From Centroscyllium fabricii (lineage: Eukaryota): DNA of 64,000 nucleotides. A model generated the notes under the pieces. That model was given only the letters and a program-made list of their open reading frames with translations. It was not told the DNA's origin and searched no databases. The position numbers were made by a program, and so were the translations under genes. How positions within the stretch are numbered: position 1 is the stretch's first letter; every line of letters starts with the position of its first letter. The stretch is from positions 52,824,001 through 52,888,000 of the forward strand of contig JBNRSN020000017.1 of the NCBI GenBank assembly GCA_051313645.2. Reading direction: 5' to 3'. Positions 35,097 to 48,997 of the stretch are shown here, one piece after another.

Positions 35097-35994
35097 TGTT
35101 GATGTATATTAATTCTCCTTGAATTTTCGAATTTTGTTCTTTTTAGTGACACTCTAAAGATTCACATCACAAAATTATGTAAAGTTAATTTGCTGATGAA
35201 ACGTATTCCCTACATGCAAAATATTATAACTTGAGTGTCAATATTTATAAATGTCTCAAATTCCTAAAATATGTTTGCACAATTCCAGAACAATAGTAAA
35301 TAGAAATCTTTGCATAAATAATGGTTTAATGACATCGTAGATTTTAACACAAACAGGCAAAGATGTAATTAAATCTTCCCGGTTTATAATGCAAGTATAT
35401 CTGCAAATGACATCATTGCATGGTTTGTTGCTCTCAATCTTGCAATGTTCATTTTGCACAACTTGAAAATATCTCATTTGATTGCTTTGCCCTGTTACCC
35501 AAATTTATTATGTTTATGACAGACTGTCAAGAGGGAGCCACTGAAAAGAACAAAAGTTATAAATTGGAGGTTATTGTGACTGGAGTTTGAACATGCCGAA
35601 GGAAACAATTTATTGTATAATGGAAACCATCTTTTTAGTTGCTATCATTAATGTTCCTGGCATGAAATGGTTGGCTTTAAAATGTATTTACAACTTAATT
35701 TGAGTTTCTAAGTCAATTTGTGTAGTCTTTTAGTCAAAGGCTTGTTTATATGCTTTTATGTAAAATTGGAAATTAGTTTACAGATTACAGCAACAGCACA
35801 ATGAACTCATCCAACTGTTTTACGAGCCCTTCTTTAACAGCCATTAAGGGGTGATGATTACTGTGGGGTGCATTAAGTGTTGGTGCTTTTCCTATAGTTT
35901 GCATTCAGTGTTGGTGCTTTTTTAATTGTAAGATGACATTTTCTGTTGAATATGTGTAGTCATTGTAAATGAGTGATATTTTCTTTTATTGTAG

Positions 35995-36062
35995 GCATGC
36001 TGGTGGTTATTGTATTGCTGCTGATTGCCATTGTTGTGGTTGCTGTCTGGCCAACAAGCTAA
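35995..36062 (+). CDS. STX8: Syntaxin-8, last coding exon (C-terminal transmembrane anchor)
   Basis: Acceptor ttttcttttattgtAG then (G)MLVVIVLLLIAIVVVAVWPTS*, matching the vertebrate STX8 C-terminus (human ...GMIMVILLLLVAIVVVAVWPTN); convergent neighbour of NTN1. Confidence 0.9.
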
Positions 36063-36592
36063 TGAGGCAAGTCTAGCACAAAACCACTCTCTTCGGTGAA
36101 TATGGACTGGATGCTAAAACTGAAAAGTGAGCAACACGTTCTTCCTGAGATCGCTGGGACAAGATTCAAATAAGTATCCCCAATCAAGCAATAGAATATG
36201 TTTTAATGTGTTTGATATGCTGTTCTGCTATTATCTAGTTCTCGTGAAAAACTGGATTAATCAAGGCCAAAACAAAACTCATTTATTTCATTTCTTTTCT
36301 TCCAGTAAGATTTCCATTCCTGATTTAATTTTCTGCCTTAAATTCAGAAACAATGGTTGTAACTCCTGAGTGGCTGGGGTAATGCAGCATCTATCTAAGG
36401 GCTGTAACTAATGGCTTCTAATTATCTTACAGTTTTGGAGCACTTGCCTCTCTCAAAGTTCCTCAATCTGCATGTATATATGTTTTTCTCTTTACAAAGA
36501 TTTAGGAACACTTCAAATGTCAGTACTTTACACTTCGTTTCCCTTGCCGAAACTAAACCATTGTATTTACATTAAATGCTGAGAAATATTTA

Positions 36593-36598
36593 AATAAA
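36593..36598 (+). promoter_or_regulatory. STX8: Candidate STX8 polyadenylation signal (alternative AATAAA at 37100-37105)
   Basis: AATAAA in repeat-free AT-rich sequence downstream of the stop; the 37100 site is followed by a GT/T-rich tract. Confidence 0.45.
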
Positions 36599-38317
36599 AT
36601 AAATTACATTTTAAACATGTTCTAAACAATGAGCTAATAGCATGCTTAAAGCTGTTTTACATTGTTTTGTTACTTTGTTCTCCCATTCTGTTTGCAGTAT
36701 TTCTGATTATAATTTTATTCTTGTTTAAATGAGCTGGACGTGACCATTTAAAATGCTCAAACTATCTTGTTAACGAAGGCAGTTTCTAGTCACTCACACG
36801 ATTACTCTGTTTTCCCAGGGAAAATGCTTTTCTCAGTGCTTGCGGGGTCAGTGAAGGGGCTCTCGGTAGGGCACAGGGAGTGTGTGCTATCTCACTGCCT
36901 GTAAACAGTGTTACTGTTCACACGCCTTCATGAAATTGAAACTTGGAACAAATTGCTTTCAGTGTGGAAATTCCAATCTAACAGAACTGTAATTCCAAAC
37001 CAATTCCCTACAATTTGGTGCCGTTATGTACTTCACTTACATTGTTACTTATTCAATTTTTATAAGCATTTAGTAAAAGTATTCAAAATATGGTATATAA
37101 ATAAATATTTTCCAACTCGTTTTTACACTGTGTCTTTTATGTGAAGTTGTTAAACTTTCTTGGCCATAATATGCAAATTCAAAATTTGCAGAACACCAGT
37201 TTTAACTCTTCAGGTTAAAATTCTCATTTTCTTTGTGTGCATTGTAAAAGACAGAAGTTTATCACTGTGTTGCTAAAGATACTGGGACCACCCATTTATC
37301 TGTCTGTAGTTTGTCCTTAGGTTCTGGCTAAGATGCATCATTTTTGTCAAAATTCTACATAACTCCCTCTCTTCAAAGCTCAAAATGCTTGAAGGACAAA
37401 GCAAACTAAAAAAAAACAGTTTTCACGGTTTTAGAGGTTACAGTCTTGCACCGAGAATGTAAGGTGGTCTCAGAAATGTGGCCCATCTGTTTACCTATTT
37501 AACTGCTTTCAAGAAAAAATAACAGAAGAGCAACTAACCTCTGTGGTCTGATTGAGACTCTGCTCCCAGCACACACACACACACCTCTGATCTGGGCTTT
37601 TTAAAATTAAAGTGGGAAAAAACTTCCTTGCTAAATACAATGAGATAGGAACAATGGTTGGTCAAGTAAATTTTAAATAAGGACAAGGCAGCTTGATTAA
37701 ATCAGTTCAATTATACACCACTTGGCCTCAGTCACAGCAAGTCCATGTGGTTAATTTTAATTTGCTTGTTGGCTTTTCTGTTGTTATATTACAGATGCAA
37801 GTGTATTTATTTACAGGAATTGCATAAAGTCAACAATAAGTTCAGTCATAAAAAGGAAACTGAATCATTGTATTTTCCTTTCTCACGCTGCGCCAATCTT
37901 GCCACCATCACTAAACTGGGGTCACTGTTTGACCATTCTTCATGTTGGAACATTTTGAGGAATTTCTCTAGATGGTGAATAGTTTAGTGGTTACATGGGT
38001 GGCTTTTTAAGCATGTAAGAGCTCTTGTCTGCTGGCATTAGGTGGGAAGCATGCATCTGTTCAATCATTTGAGATCTATTAGAAGTTTAACTGAAAATAT
38101 TGTGCACACACTTAACACTATTTTCCTGCCCATTATCATATTGAAATTTTCTCAAAATGGAGTATCTAAAACAACCTGCTGTTGTTTTAGATACTCCAAA
38201 ATGGACTTTAAAAAAATTAAAATAAACATTGTGTCTGTTTGAGTATGGCAATTGCCCTCTTGTGAGGCTAAATTATATCATCACCAAACAATTCCTGAAA
38301 ATTAATTTTCATTGTTA

Positions 38318-39053
38318 ATGACCCAGAAATTTGGGGCCCAACGCGTGAGTACGGACGGTGTACTCACGCGTGGGCCCATCGGAATTGCATGTTTCCGGCA
38401 TGCACCGCGCATGCGTGCGAAACCGGAAATTCCGATCCAGGGACAGAAGGGGTCAGATGTCCGAGCGCGTGCGCGCCAGGGGGTGCGCAATGCACTGCCG
38501 ATTTTTTCACAGGTTTGTATCAGGGTAAATATTTGAAAACTTTACGGCTGATATTTTCAAGCGCAAAGAGTGGATTTCATCAGGTAAGTCTTTATTTTAT
38601 TCAATTTAAACATTTTTTTCCACAGGTTTTTCATTTTTAAATAACATACCCGTTAAATACTTTAATTATTTTTTTCAAAATTTTTATTTTTTGTTTAAAA
38701 TAGCTAATTTATGATTGATAGCAATTTTTAAAAATGTGATTTAAAAAAATATATATTTTAAGATTTAGTGTGGTTTTGGGGCTGTAGCAATTCATAAGTT
38801 TGACAGGTCTTCCTGTCAAACTCATGAATGGAGCATTCTTTGCTCCGATTGGCTCCCCGCGGACCATGTGATCCTGCGCGGAGCCTCGCACTAACTCCGA
38901 CGTTCAGAGGCACCAGCGCGGCGCACCGGCCTCTCAGCAGGGCCTAGGATCGGGATTTCAAGCGGGTGGAATCGGGAACGGCAGGCGCGCTCCGTAAGTG
39001 TGGGTTGGAGGCTTGCACTCGCGGGAAGCCTCCAACCCGAATTTTTGGGCCAT
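38318..39053. mobile_element. Harbinger-like MITE, inverted sibling of 28661-29379
   Basis: TIRs TGACCCAGAAATT / AATTTTTGGGCCA; shared internal blocks in reverse orientation. Confidence 0.75.
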
Positions 39054-40104
39054 ATATATGAGGTCACCAGAGGGCAGCTAATGTACCAGTGCCGAATTGT
39101 GATGCCTATTTTTCCGGGCCATCTCCCAAAACAACATATTGGGATGTAACAGCACAGACAGCATTGTTGCTTTAAGTGATAGCCTGTGAAAATGAGGTGA
39201 CGCCCTGTAAACTAAAGAATACAATGTAAATGGGATACTTTAACAAATAAATTGTATTCGTTAATTCGAGCTGTTGTGGACAGTAATTTAGGTGACGCAG
39301 TATAAAATGCCACAATTAATTTTTTGTATAGAACCTACCCAATATCTTCTATTAAGTTTTTGACAAAACGCTACCATCCCTACATGGGAATGAGTTCCAA
39401 CCCAAACTATTTAATCTACTATTTTTCTCCTTTTTAAAATGTTTTTGAGAGCGTGATGCAAATTGAGAAGGACAGTTAAATTCTTACATATTTTACCAAG
39501 ATGTGGTCAGTTGAATCACCAAAACTAATGAACTCAGTAGTTGGACCCAAAACAAACCAAAGGAACAAATTGTACCTCGTCAGATTATACACTCAATGTA
39601 TTCCCTTTTTGCCCCCTTGGTTGCATTTCTAAAGGTAGTTTTGTCACAGGGTGAAATGGTAACAGATATTTGCACGTTATCACGTGAAGCTGAATAGACC
39701 ATGACTGCAACAGTGAAAAGAAGTGACAACTGATCGTCCACTGTTTTCAAATGTTATTACTTGACTAATTTTATTGGAAGTTGGGCACTGCCAGGAAACA
39801 GTGTTTGTTTAATTGCACCCGTCTAATTTTCTTCCCGCTAAATGATCTGTTCCTAAAGGCAACAACTCATGCTAGGATTCCATGGACAATGGTGGCTCTC
39901 CAGTACCTTGGCCACATAGCTATTGTTCATGTATGAGGCTGGACACCCATGTTTGGGGGGAAGAATAGTTGTGGTCTGATGTCACGACACAGAGCAAACA
40001 AAGAAATTCTCCCCCAAATGTTATTGGGCTATTGGATCATTGGGATCATAACAGCCTGATCTGGCCCATGCATATGCCTTTCCAGCAGACATCACTGGAT
40101 ATCA

Positions 40105-40830
40105 ACAATAACGCCACCGCCAAGAACCTCCATTCGTATCGAGCCTTTAATGTAGAAAACATCCCGAAGCATTTCACGGAAGCATAAAGACAAAACGGAT
40201 GCTAAGCCAAAGGAGGAGATATTTGGAGGGGTGACCAAAGCCTTAGTCAAAGAACATAAGAAATAGGAGCAGGAGTAGGCCATACGGCCCCTCGTGCCTG
40301 CTCCGCCATTCAATAGGATCATGGCTGATCTGAACTTAGATTCATGTCCACTTCCCTGCCCTTTCCCCGTAACCCCTTATTCCCTTATCAGCGAGGAAGC
40401 TGTCTATTTCCAATTTAAATTTATTTAATGTCCCAGCTTCCACAGCTCGCTGAGGCAGCAAATTCCACAGACTCCCCACCCTCTAGGTGAAGAAATTCCT
40501 CCTCATCTCAGTTTTGAAAGGACAGCCCCTTATTCTCAGATTATGCCCCTAGTTCTAGTCTCACCCATCAGTGGAAACATCCTCACCGCATCCACCCGAT
40601 CAAGCCCCTTCACAATCTTGTATGTTTCAATAAGATCGCTTCTCATTCTTCTGAACTCCAATGAGTAGAGGCCCAACCTACTCAACCTTTCCTCATAAGT
40701 CAACCCCCTCATCTCCGGAATCAACCAGAAGAAGCGGGTTTTCAGGAGGGCCTTAAAGGAGGAGAGAGAGCTGGGGGGGGGGGGGTGTTTAGAGAGAGAA
40801 TTGCAGAGTGTGAAACCTAGGCAGTTGAAA
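40105..40830 (-). mobile_element. L2 3' fragment (~40105-40250 and ~40727-40830) interrupted by a CR1 3' fragment (~40251-40726)
   Basis: L2 tail sequence resumes after the CR1 piece; CR1 motif LTYEERLSRLGLYSLEFRRMR in ORF 40536-40847. Confidence 0.75.
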
Positions 40831-40852
40831 ATCCCAAAATATATCACAAATA

Positions 40853-41185
40853 AAGGTACACAATCCTTTATCCGAGACGGGTCTCGGTTTTTGGGATTTC
40901 TCGGTTTTTGGATGGTGCCCAGTGCGCATGCGCATTGCCATGTTTGCGGTCCAGTTCGCAGTCGGGGAACGGCATATCGACGGTTTATTTCCTCAGCACG
41001 GCATCAACAGCAACCTGTAAGCTTGCCTTAAAGTAAAAATATCTTTTTTCTCACTGATAAATGCTGCAGCTGGTCACTTCCTTCAATTTATTTAAGAAAA
41101 AAAATAGTTATTTTGGCGCAACTCGGGTTCTCGGTTTTCGGAGCTTTTCGGTTTTCGGATGTGCGGTTAAGCGATTGTATACCTG
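40853..41185. mobile_element. Tigger-like MITE (third family)
   Basis: TA|AAGGTACACAATCCTTTATCCG...CGGTTAAGCGATTGTATACCTG|TA; contains TGCGCATGCGCA. Confidence 0.75.
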
Positions 41186-42298
41186 TAGCAACGTCAACTG
41201 TACAATTGCATATGTGTTATATATTCTGTAAAGTAATAGATACTGAAGGGTTCATTGCAGACTATAATAGAATTTAAGGATTCAAGTGACATTTTATAAG
41301 CCATTCAAACTGTACTTTAGAATCTTCCCAAATTTCTTCCCTATTTACTCCTTACCTTTCATTACAAGCACACTGACCTTTGGTGAGGTATTGTGCCCGC
41401 AACCCCCGGAATCTCAATTGGCTATTCTTAACATGTGAACTCAACAGTGTCAGTGAGCTGTTTGGTTGTGGAGGACCCTGGGAATGGTGAGGACCAGTTT
41501 CCGCAGCTGAAAACAACTAAATCAGCTCAGACCAGGAATTGAAACAAAAAGCTTTCTGGTTTGCGCGGCCTGTTAATGTACCAAGTGGTAGCAGCTTTAT
41601 TCATGTACAGCCTTTTAACTTACTCCCAGTCATCTATTAATCTACATGCGTCCCATGTCCTGTCATTGGCAAATGCCAAGACTATATATCTGGATTTAAA
41701 TGCGATAAACATAGGCCAAACCTCCTATGAAGGTCTGTCATAGACATCTTTGTATTTCTGGGCAGAATGGATAGCATCCATTCTAAGCAAAAAAATGCTT
41801 CCAGTTAATATTTATTTTTAACAGTATTAAAGGGTAATTAAATTTTATATCACAATTTGACCCACGTAACATTTCTGTAAATTTACTGCTCAATGCTTCA
41901 TCTGAATTTCATGAAAGGAAAAATCTGAAAATTCTGGCTAACACTGTCTGTGTTATGAAGAATAATACTTGCACGGGGACTGTGTTACAAGACAACAACA
42001 CATCCCTGGGTTCAGACAGTTATTCATGAATTACTCAAGCTGCACTTTTGTGTTTGATGTCATTTGAACCTGTTCACGTACCGCTGCTTTTTAACGTACT
42101 CTGGAGTATCAGTTGTCGTATGAACATAGCACAGCGAGAATTTTAATCTGTCAAAGGACCTAAATTGTGCAGCCTGGTCCTGTTCCTCTCAGGATTCCAT
42201 TTCTTTTGCTTTTTCAGTGCGGCTTGTGCCTTTTGTATGTGCAAAATTCACATTGAGAATAATCCACAGCAAGTACTATGTGGTATTGTTTACAAGAC

Positions 42299-42304
42299 TT
42301 TATT
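42299..42304 (-). promoter_or_regulatory. NTN1: Candidate NTN1 polyadenylation signal, ending a ~2-kb repeat-free 3' UTR (~42280-44303)
   Basis: AATAAA on minus strand; no recognisable repeats between it and the NTN1 stop. Confidence 0.5.
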
Positions 42305-44303
42305 CAACTGAATTCTGGATTTAATTCTATCAAGTGTGGGTGTTCAGCAGTTATAGTACATGTTCACATCTGGTTCAATTACAGCCATCTAACAATCAAA
42401 AAAATCCACAAATTTTTATGTGTAATTAAATATATTCATATATAATAATGATAATATATTAGTATGCATTGTAGGAAAACATTGCAAACTATGCAATGAC
42501 CATAACTAAACAACATTTACAGTTCAACTTATTAACAGGTAAAAGCAGAGCCCGACAGGTCTGTGTAACAGGGGAAAGAGTCATAATAAAGTCTAAGTTA
42601 GCTGGAGTATGGCTGAACTGATATAAAAGTCTTTATCCAGAACTACATTACATCAATATAAACACACTTCCAATTATTGTCAGTCTTATAGTCTTCATAC
42701 GCTAACTGTAACCGAGGTACCTTGAGGATGTTTACCCTGTTACAAAACTTATTCATTTCTTTAGTACCTCTTATTTTTAGACTAAGAAATCAACTTTATG
42801 CCGTGTCTTAAAAGTGGTAATATGTACTGGTTTAATGTTAGTTTTTTTTCTACACTTTATATTTTTTAGTCTGCTGTGTGATCGATTAGAGAATGAGCTG
42901 CACGCACTTGTAAACAGGGTCACAGCGAAGGCAAGGGTCATTTGTGCGACCTGAGTTGGTTGCTTGATGGAGATACTAATCAGCAAGGTTGAGATGTCAC
43001 CTTGCCCCAGTGGAACTGAAATTGGTCACTGGAACAAGCAGTAAATCATTGCCTATAATCATCGACACAGTTACACACGAGATGTAGGTGTGAAGTTTAC
43101 CGTGTGGGTGATGGATGTGAACCAACAGGCCTGTCGGGTGTAGGAAGAGGAATCGGGTTCATCCTCTCGTCGTAGTTGTATCAAAAAAAAAGTTATATTT
43201 CCAGTCGAGAGTACTTTCAAATCTATCCAAGGCTTTTAACGAAGTACTATCTATACAAATAGAAACTTTAATGATTTTGACTATATGCTAAGGTTTTTGA
43301 AGAGGGACACAAGAACCAAGTGTCGGTGAATTTACTTCATTTTTGTTCTTGTGCAGCGATTCTGCGAACCTGTAACAGAATTCATTTGAAAAGAAAATAT
43401 AGCTTTATTTCAGTAATTTTATACTGAAAGGGGTATTTTTTCTATTTAAAATTTTATTTTCTTTAAGCATTAATTTGACTTGAGGCTGTTTTGCTGCCAG
43501 TCTTTTTGCAGGTCATGAGTGGATTCAATTTATCACGATTCATCTATAAAATAGGTGCACCACAAGCTTGGAGAATTTATCAGAGGGGCATAATGCTTTA
43601 ATCTTGGGAGCAGAATGTTGTATCATGTACAGTAAGCAGAACAATCAACAGCCTAGAATTGAGAAAAAAACAGCAAACTTAACACGTGTGAGATGAATGT
43701 CGGTATGAAGTGAAAGGAAACAAGGTGTTGCTATGGCACTTTGAAGGTTTTTTTGAGATTTTTTTTTTCCACCGTCTCTGAAAATGTTGTAGTGAGGACT
43801 ATAATGTCCACAATGATTGCCAAAGGTTGCAGTTCTTGGCAGATCTGTTTACAATGTAACACTGAATACTGTGCCGAATGTAAACTGGGCTGGGGAAGAA
43901 GAGCGGAACTGAAACATGTTTAGGTTAACTACACAGCTAAAAAGTTAGCGGCTTAAGTCGGGATCATACCAGTCTTGGTCTGACTCCCAGCAATTGTCCA
44001 CTATCAACAGTTTGTGATGGCGTGCCCCTTTAACAAAAATCACACTGCGTTATGCAGAGAAGAGCAACTGTGAAAGGATTTTGGTTGTGGAACAAATGTC
44101 CTTCATTTCAGAACATTTGGAGCTGTTATGTAAAGAGTAGTCCATCTTTTTTTTGTATTCTTGTTTATTTTTGAATTTGAAATCAGCATTAGGTGCAAAC
44201 TTGGCAATTCCAAAATCCCAAACTGCTAGATGAGTTCCTTCACAAGTTCCTAATTTAATCCTAACATCGGTTCCTGCTCACAATCAAGCAGCACAGTCTC
44301 GCT

Positions 44304-44632
44304 TTATGCCTTCTTGCACTTGCCTTTCTTCTCCCTCTGTTGGAACTTTCGCAGCCTCCTTGCCCACGTGTCCCTCCATTGTATCACCAAACTGGTTTTG
44401 TTTGCTACAACCCCATTCTGGTCAGGAGAGTCCTCGTCGTTCCCTAAGAGCAGGTACTTCTTCCCCGTTTTGACTTTTGGGCATTTGCAGGCTACATCCT
44501 TTGAGCGGACCCACAGGAATTGGTCGCCACGCCGTATCCGTTTTACCCCTTGTTTGTACACCGAGATGATATTCACTGTAAACTTCCACCATTCACCGGC
44601 CTTCTCTGCCTTCAAGATGTGGGCTTGAACAG
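44304..44632 (-). CDS. NTN1: Netrin-1, last coding exon (NTR/C345C domain)
   Basis: Acceptor ttcttcgttattgcAG then (A)[28 protein letters not shown]...[24 protein letters not shown], near-identical to the vertebrate netrin-1 C-terminus. Confidence 0.96.
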
Positions 44633-44666
44633 CTGCAATAACGAAGAAAGGAACAGAAGAATATTT

Positions 44667-45076
44667 AATAACAACAACAGAAAACGCTGGAGAAACTCAG
44701 CAGGCCAGGCAGCATCGGTGGAGAGAGAAACTGAGTTGACGTTTCAGGTCGATGACCTTTCCTCAGAACTGGAGAAGCCAGGAGGGGCGGGGGAGGGGGG
44801 GTGTGCTGAAAGAACAAAGGAAAGATCAACAGGCTAGAAGGCGGGGAAGGTAAGAGATATTGGGAGAAATTGAAGGAACACAGTATGGCTCTGAATAGGT
44901 GTCAATGGCTATGGCAGAGTAAAGAAAAAAGCCCATACGAAAGTGGATTGAAAAAAGAGTGAAAATATATATGTATAAAAAAGTGGTAGGGGCCGAGGTT
45001 ATGATCTAAAATTGTTGAACTCTATGTTTAGTCTAGAGGGCTGTAGAGTGCCTAAGCGAAAGATGAGGTGCTGTTT
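44667..45076 (-). mobile_element. Penelope-like element 3' end (family B)
   Basis: Minus strand QHLIFRLGTLQPSRLNIEFNNFRS* (GIY-YIG C-terminus) followed by a pLTR with hammerhead. Confidence 0.85.
44734..44770 (-). ncRNA. Minimal type I hammerhead ribozyme motif with canonical GUC site
   Basis: AGUU-CUGAGGA-A-AGGUC-AUC-GACCU-GAAA-CG-UC-AACU; all stems pair. Confidence 0.85.
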
Positions 45077-47891
45077 TTATATCAATATTTAAGCTGCCCG
45101 ACACATTATAAATTGCACCATGTAAATTCTCCACACTTCAAATGCAGCCACAACCCTGAGCTGTAACCTAGTTGTTTGGATGACCACTCATTATTAGCAT
45201 AGCAACAGTTTCCATAGTATCTGGGGCAGAGAAGATGCAGCGAGACTCAGGGCTATGAAATAAACTTGACATAGGAAACTGATTAATGTTTGACAGAGGA
45301 TATAATCAAAACCTTAGAAACCAATTTTCTTCCCCAGCCCAAGTACAAGAAGATTATTCCTACATGGTGGTAAATCATTCTTAATCAGCACAGTAAAATG
45401 TTGAAATACAGAAAGCAGGGGGGAGAAAACTGATCAGACATCAGAAAATCTGCACTGCCTCTGTTCCAGAGGTTAAGAACTGTTAAACTAGAAGCTAATT
45501 AGAAAGACTAGAACAAGTGATTGTTTATACCTAAGGAAATTTACTGTGTGCTGTTAGTTGTCAAACAGTAGTTCATAATGTGCTTACATTCCTTCAGCTG
45601 CACATGTGAGAACCACAGAGCAGATTTCAATGGCAGTTTGTCACTGTCCATGCTCTCTGTCTGCCCTGGTCATTTGCCTTTGTATCACACATTCTTACTC
45701 TTTCTGCTGGTCATTCAGTATTCTAAACTCGCCTTTCTTCCCTTCTAAACAATACCAGTTAAAAGTATTCTATTCGCATTGAATCAGGGCAAGTGAGCCT
45801 TAATATTAAATAAAAAATTATAAACTGCCATTTCTGTTCATTGCTAGTTTTCAATCTTTTTAGCTTTACTTTATGATTAAATGAAGATTTTGCATATGTG
45901 ATTCTGTGCTTCGTGCAGCCAGAAGCACCTACTGTTGAGTCACATTATGCTGCAGGTCGTTTCTGGTTTAACACCAACTTAGTGAGAACTTCTACCTTGT
46001 CGCTAGAGTATCCTTGACATTTTAACGCTCTAAGCAGTGTTTTATATAACTTTCTGCTCATTTAGAGATTTTCTGAAGCAGCGCATTTAAAAATTACATT
46101 TACAAACAATTCTGATTAATTTCTGCAGACTTTAATTTTTTCAGACTACTTTTGTTGAGTTTTAATTTTTTAGTTCAAATAGTCAACAGCAACATCCTCA
46201 TCGGAGAGCTGTTTTGGTGGAGTTTTGGAACCCAAATTTAGAAAACAGTCGATTTAACGTCAGTGGAGATGGCAACTGTACCAGCATGCTTCAGAGTTCT
46301 TCACACTGTTTAGTGCAGTAATTCATTTAAAATAGTCACTGAAATGATTTTCAAATAAAAATGTGAAATACAATTAATAAGATTTGTCACTTTTTTTTAT
46401 TTTAAAAATGGGCCTATTTCAATATGCACCGTGCTCACTGGTTAATTATGTTGACTGCAGCTGGTAAAATGTCATTTTTCAATAGCTACATTATCAAACT
46501 GTATAGCTCTTTGTTTTAATATAAGTAGAATAAGATAGCCTTTAGTATGTTTATATGCTTCAAAATTTTAAGAAAAAGTCAAAGAAATTTGCAATGTCTT
46601 CTGTACAAATCTGCCATGATGTCGGACATTAGAAATGTGTGCCAATAAAATTAAGCACTCTTATTTAGTAGTCCAGCCAAAAATCAGTGTGCCTTCCCTA
46701 GTGAGGGGAGGGGAATTTGACTGTGATTTAATTGTACAATGTGTTTTTGGGACTGCACCAATCTGCTGGTTCAAGGGTGGGTCGATGGTGTGTGGATGCA
46801 TCATGACCAGATGGGGTGGACCTGACCAGTCTTTTCCCACCTTCTTTTGTACGTTATGTTGTAATTGAAAAAATTGAGATACAAGCAGCTTACCCCAGCA
46901 CCGATTTGAGAAATTGGTGTTGGGAAATCCCAATCACTACTGGGAGGAATGGCCTGCAATCAGAGGGTTAATGCTGAGAGCCTCAGATCATTCCAACTGC
47001 CTTTGTTGATCCATGCCTGAATGTTTCTCTGGTGCTGTAAAAGTCTACCACACACCAGTGTACATGCCATCCTTCTGAAAGAGTACTGTGAGCCCCTCCA
47101 CTGTTTTTAATTATGATGTGTGGCATCATGAAAACAGAACTGGTTCTGACTGATTCAATTGTGCCTCAGTGTTTGGCTCATTGTTGTGGAAAGCAGCGAG
47201 GAAGCAGTTCCTCAAACAATTGACCTTTTTCTACTGAGAAGAAAAGGAAATCTGCCTAATGCAGGAGGCAACCGAGGGGCAGGGAAAGCTGGGAAAATGC
47301 ATTTGGCAGAACGGACTGGAAGGTAACGTGTCTTGAAACAACAGAAGCAATATTGCATTCTGTAAATCTGTTTATAAAGTTAATCTATCTGGAGGTGTCC
47401 AATGTCAGGGTACAGGATTTACTAACAGCCATATTCTGTTATGAAAATAAGACAATGTTTCTTATGGAAAGGAAGGCTTTAGATACCCCATATAACAGTT
47501 GTATTCTGAAAACAAGTCTGGGTTCTTTGACCTAGGTTGTTCTTTGGCACATTGAAGGGAACGGATTCTATAAAACATAATGATGAAACCACCCATGGGT
47601 TGAGTCACAGTCTATATGTTTAGGTGCTGATAGTTCACCCACTTCACCACACCCGTAGTCTGTTATTGGGAATGGGAATTAACCATCAGATGATCACAGG
47701 GCCATGACTTTCACAGCTGTGGTGAGCATTTGATGTAAATACAGCTCAAATCTCACTCTGTATCTTTAGTGTAAACCAACAAAAGTATTCTAGTTAGATT
47801 CCCAGTGGGAAATATAACAAGCGTTAACTTTTAAGTTATTAGTGGAGAGGACTTTGATATAAGCATGTTACGGGTTCATACATTGCCAATA

Positions 47892-48286
47892 CAGGTCTGA
47901 CACCGTTAATCCGGCACTGGCGGGACCAGGCCAGTGCCGGATTGGTGAAAAATCCGAACGATTGAAGCTTCGGCGAGCGCATGCGCAGACCATTCAAAAT
48001 GGCCACCGCGAAGGCCGGCGGCCATTTTGAATGGTCTGCGCATGTGCTCGCCGAAGCATCAATCATTCGGGGAGAGGCCCAGGCATGCGCAGCCAAGCGT
48101 GGTGGCCATTTTGCGCCTGCGCAGCCAAGCGCGGCAGCCATTTTGCGCATGTGCAGACCAGTCGGGGAGAGGCCCGGGCATGCGCAGCCAAGCGCGGTGG
48201 CCATTTTCTGCATGCGCAGACCAGTCGGCCGGATTCGTTCCGGACGACTGAAGTTTCCGGAGTCCGGATTAACGGTGCCGGACCTG
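47892..48286. mobile_element. Tigger/pogo-like MITE with tandem internal repeats
   Basis: TA|CAGGTCTGACACCGTTAATCCGG...CCGGATTAACGGTGCCGGACCTG|TA. Confidence 0.9.
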
Positions 48287-48997
48287 TAGTAATTTGCAGC
48301 TTCATGTGAAAAGAGCTAGACTCTATGGCTAATTTTTAAGATGCTATAATACTATTCTAATCTGCAGCTCGGAGATGTACCACAGAAGTTCTGTGAACAG
48401 TAACAAGAATAAACAATGAAAGACAGAAGAAATGGGTTAACCACATTGAAGGAAATGGTCAATCTGACTAGTCTGCACTTATAAAAACTTTTAACCTTAG
48501 TGCTGAAATTACTCAAATTCCAGCACTAAGATGCATGATGTAAAATTCTTCCTGATCTGTGAAAGACTTTCCATAGATTCTCGCTTTTTTCATGAGGCTG
48601 CAAATTACTATTAACAATGTTACTGTATAAACGCTTAAAATGCTTATACCCTGTATCAGAATTTGCAGGACAGAAACTTAACACTCGGTGTTTATGTTCC
48701 ACACAAGCCTCCTCCCACCCTATCAACATATCCGCCTATTCCTTTCTTCCTCATGTATTTATCTAGCTTCCCCTTAAATACATCTGTGTCACAATCTATA
48801 TCAAATTCTTCTCCACTATTTTAATGGAAGTGTTAACCTGTTCAGTGATAGTAATTTCTGACTTACAGTTTCATTTCATGTGTCCTGTTTTGAGATGTAG
48901 CCTATTATCTATAAATGTTGCCAAGTAGAGTGATTCTAAACTAAATAGTTTTTCAATGTAAGTAGTGGCATATGTTTATTGAACCAAAAACTAGGTA

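Noticed and set aside
44304-44615. Stand-alone 103-aa ORF
   Set aside because: The 'start' is an internal TTG; the true unit is a spliced exon beginning at 44632
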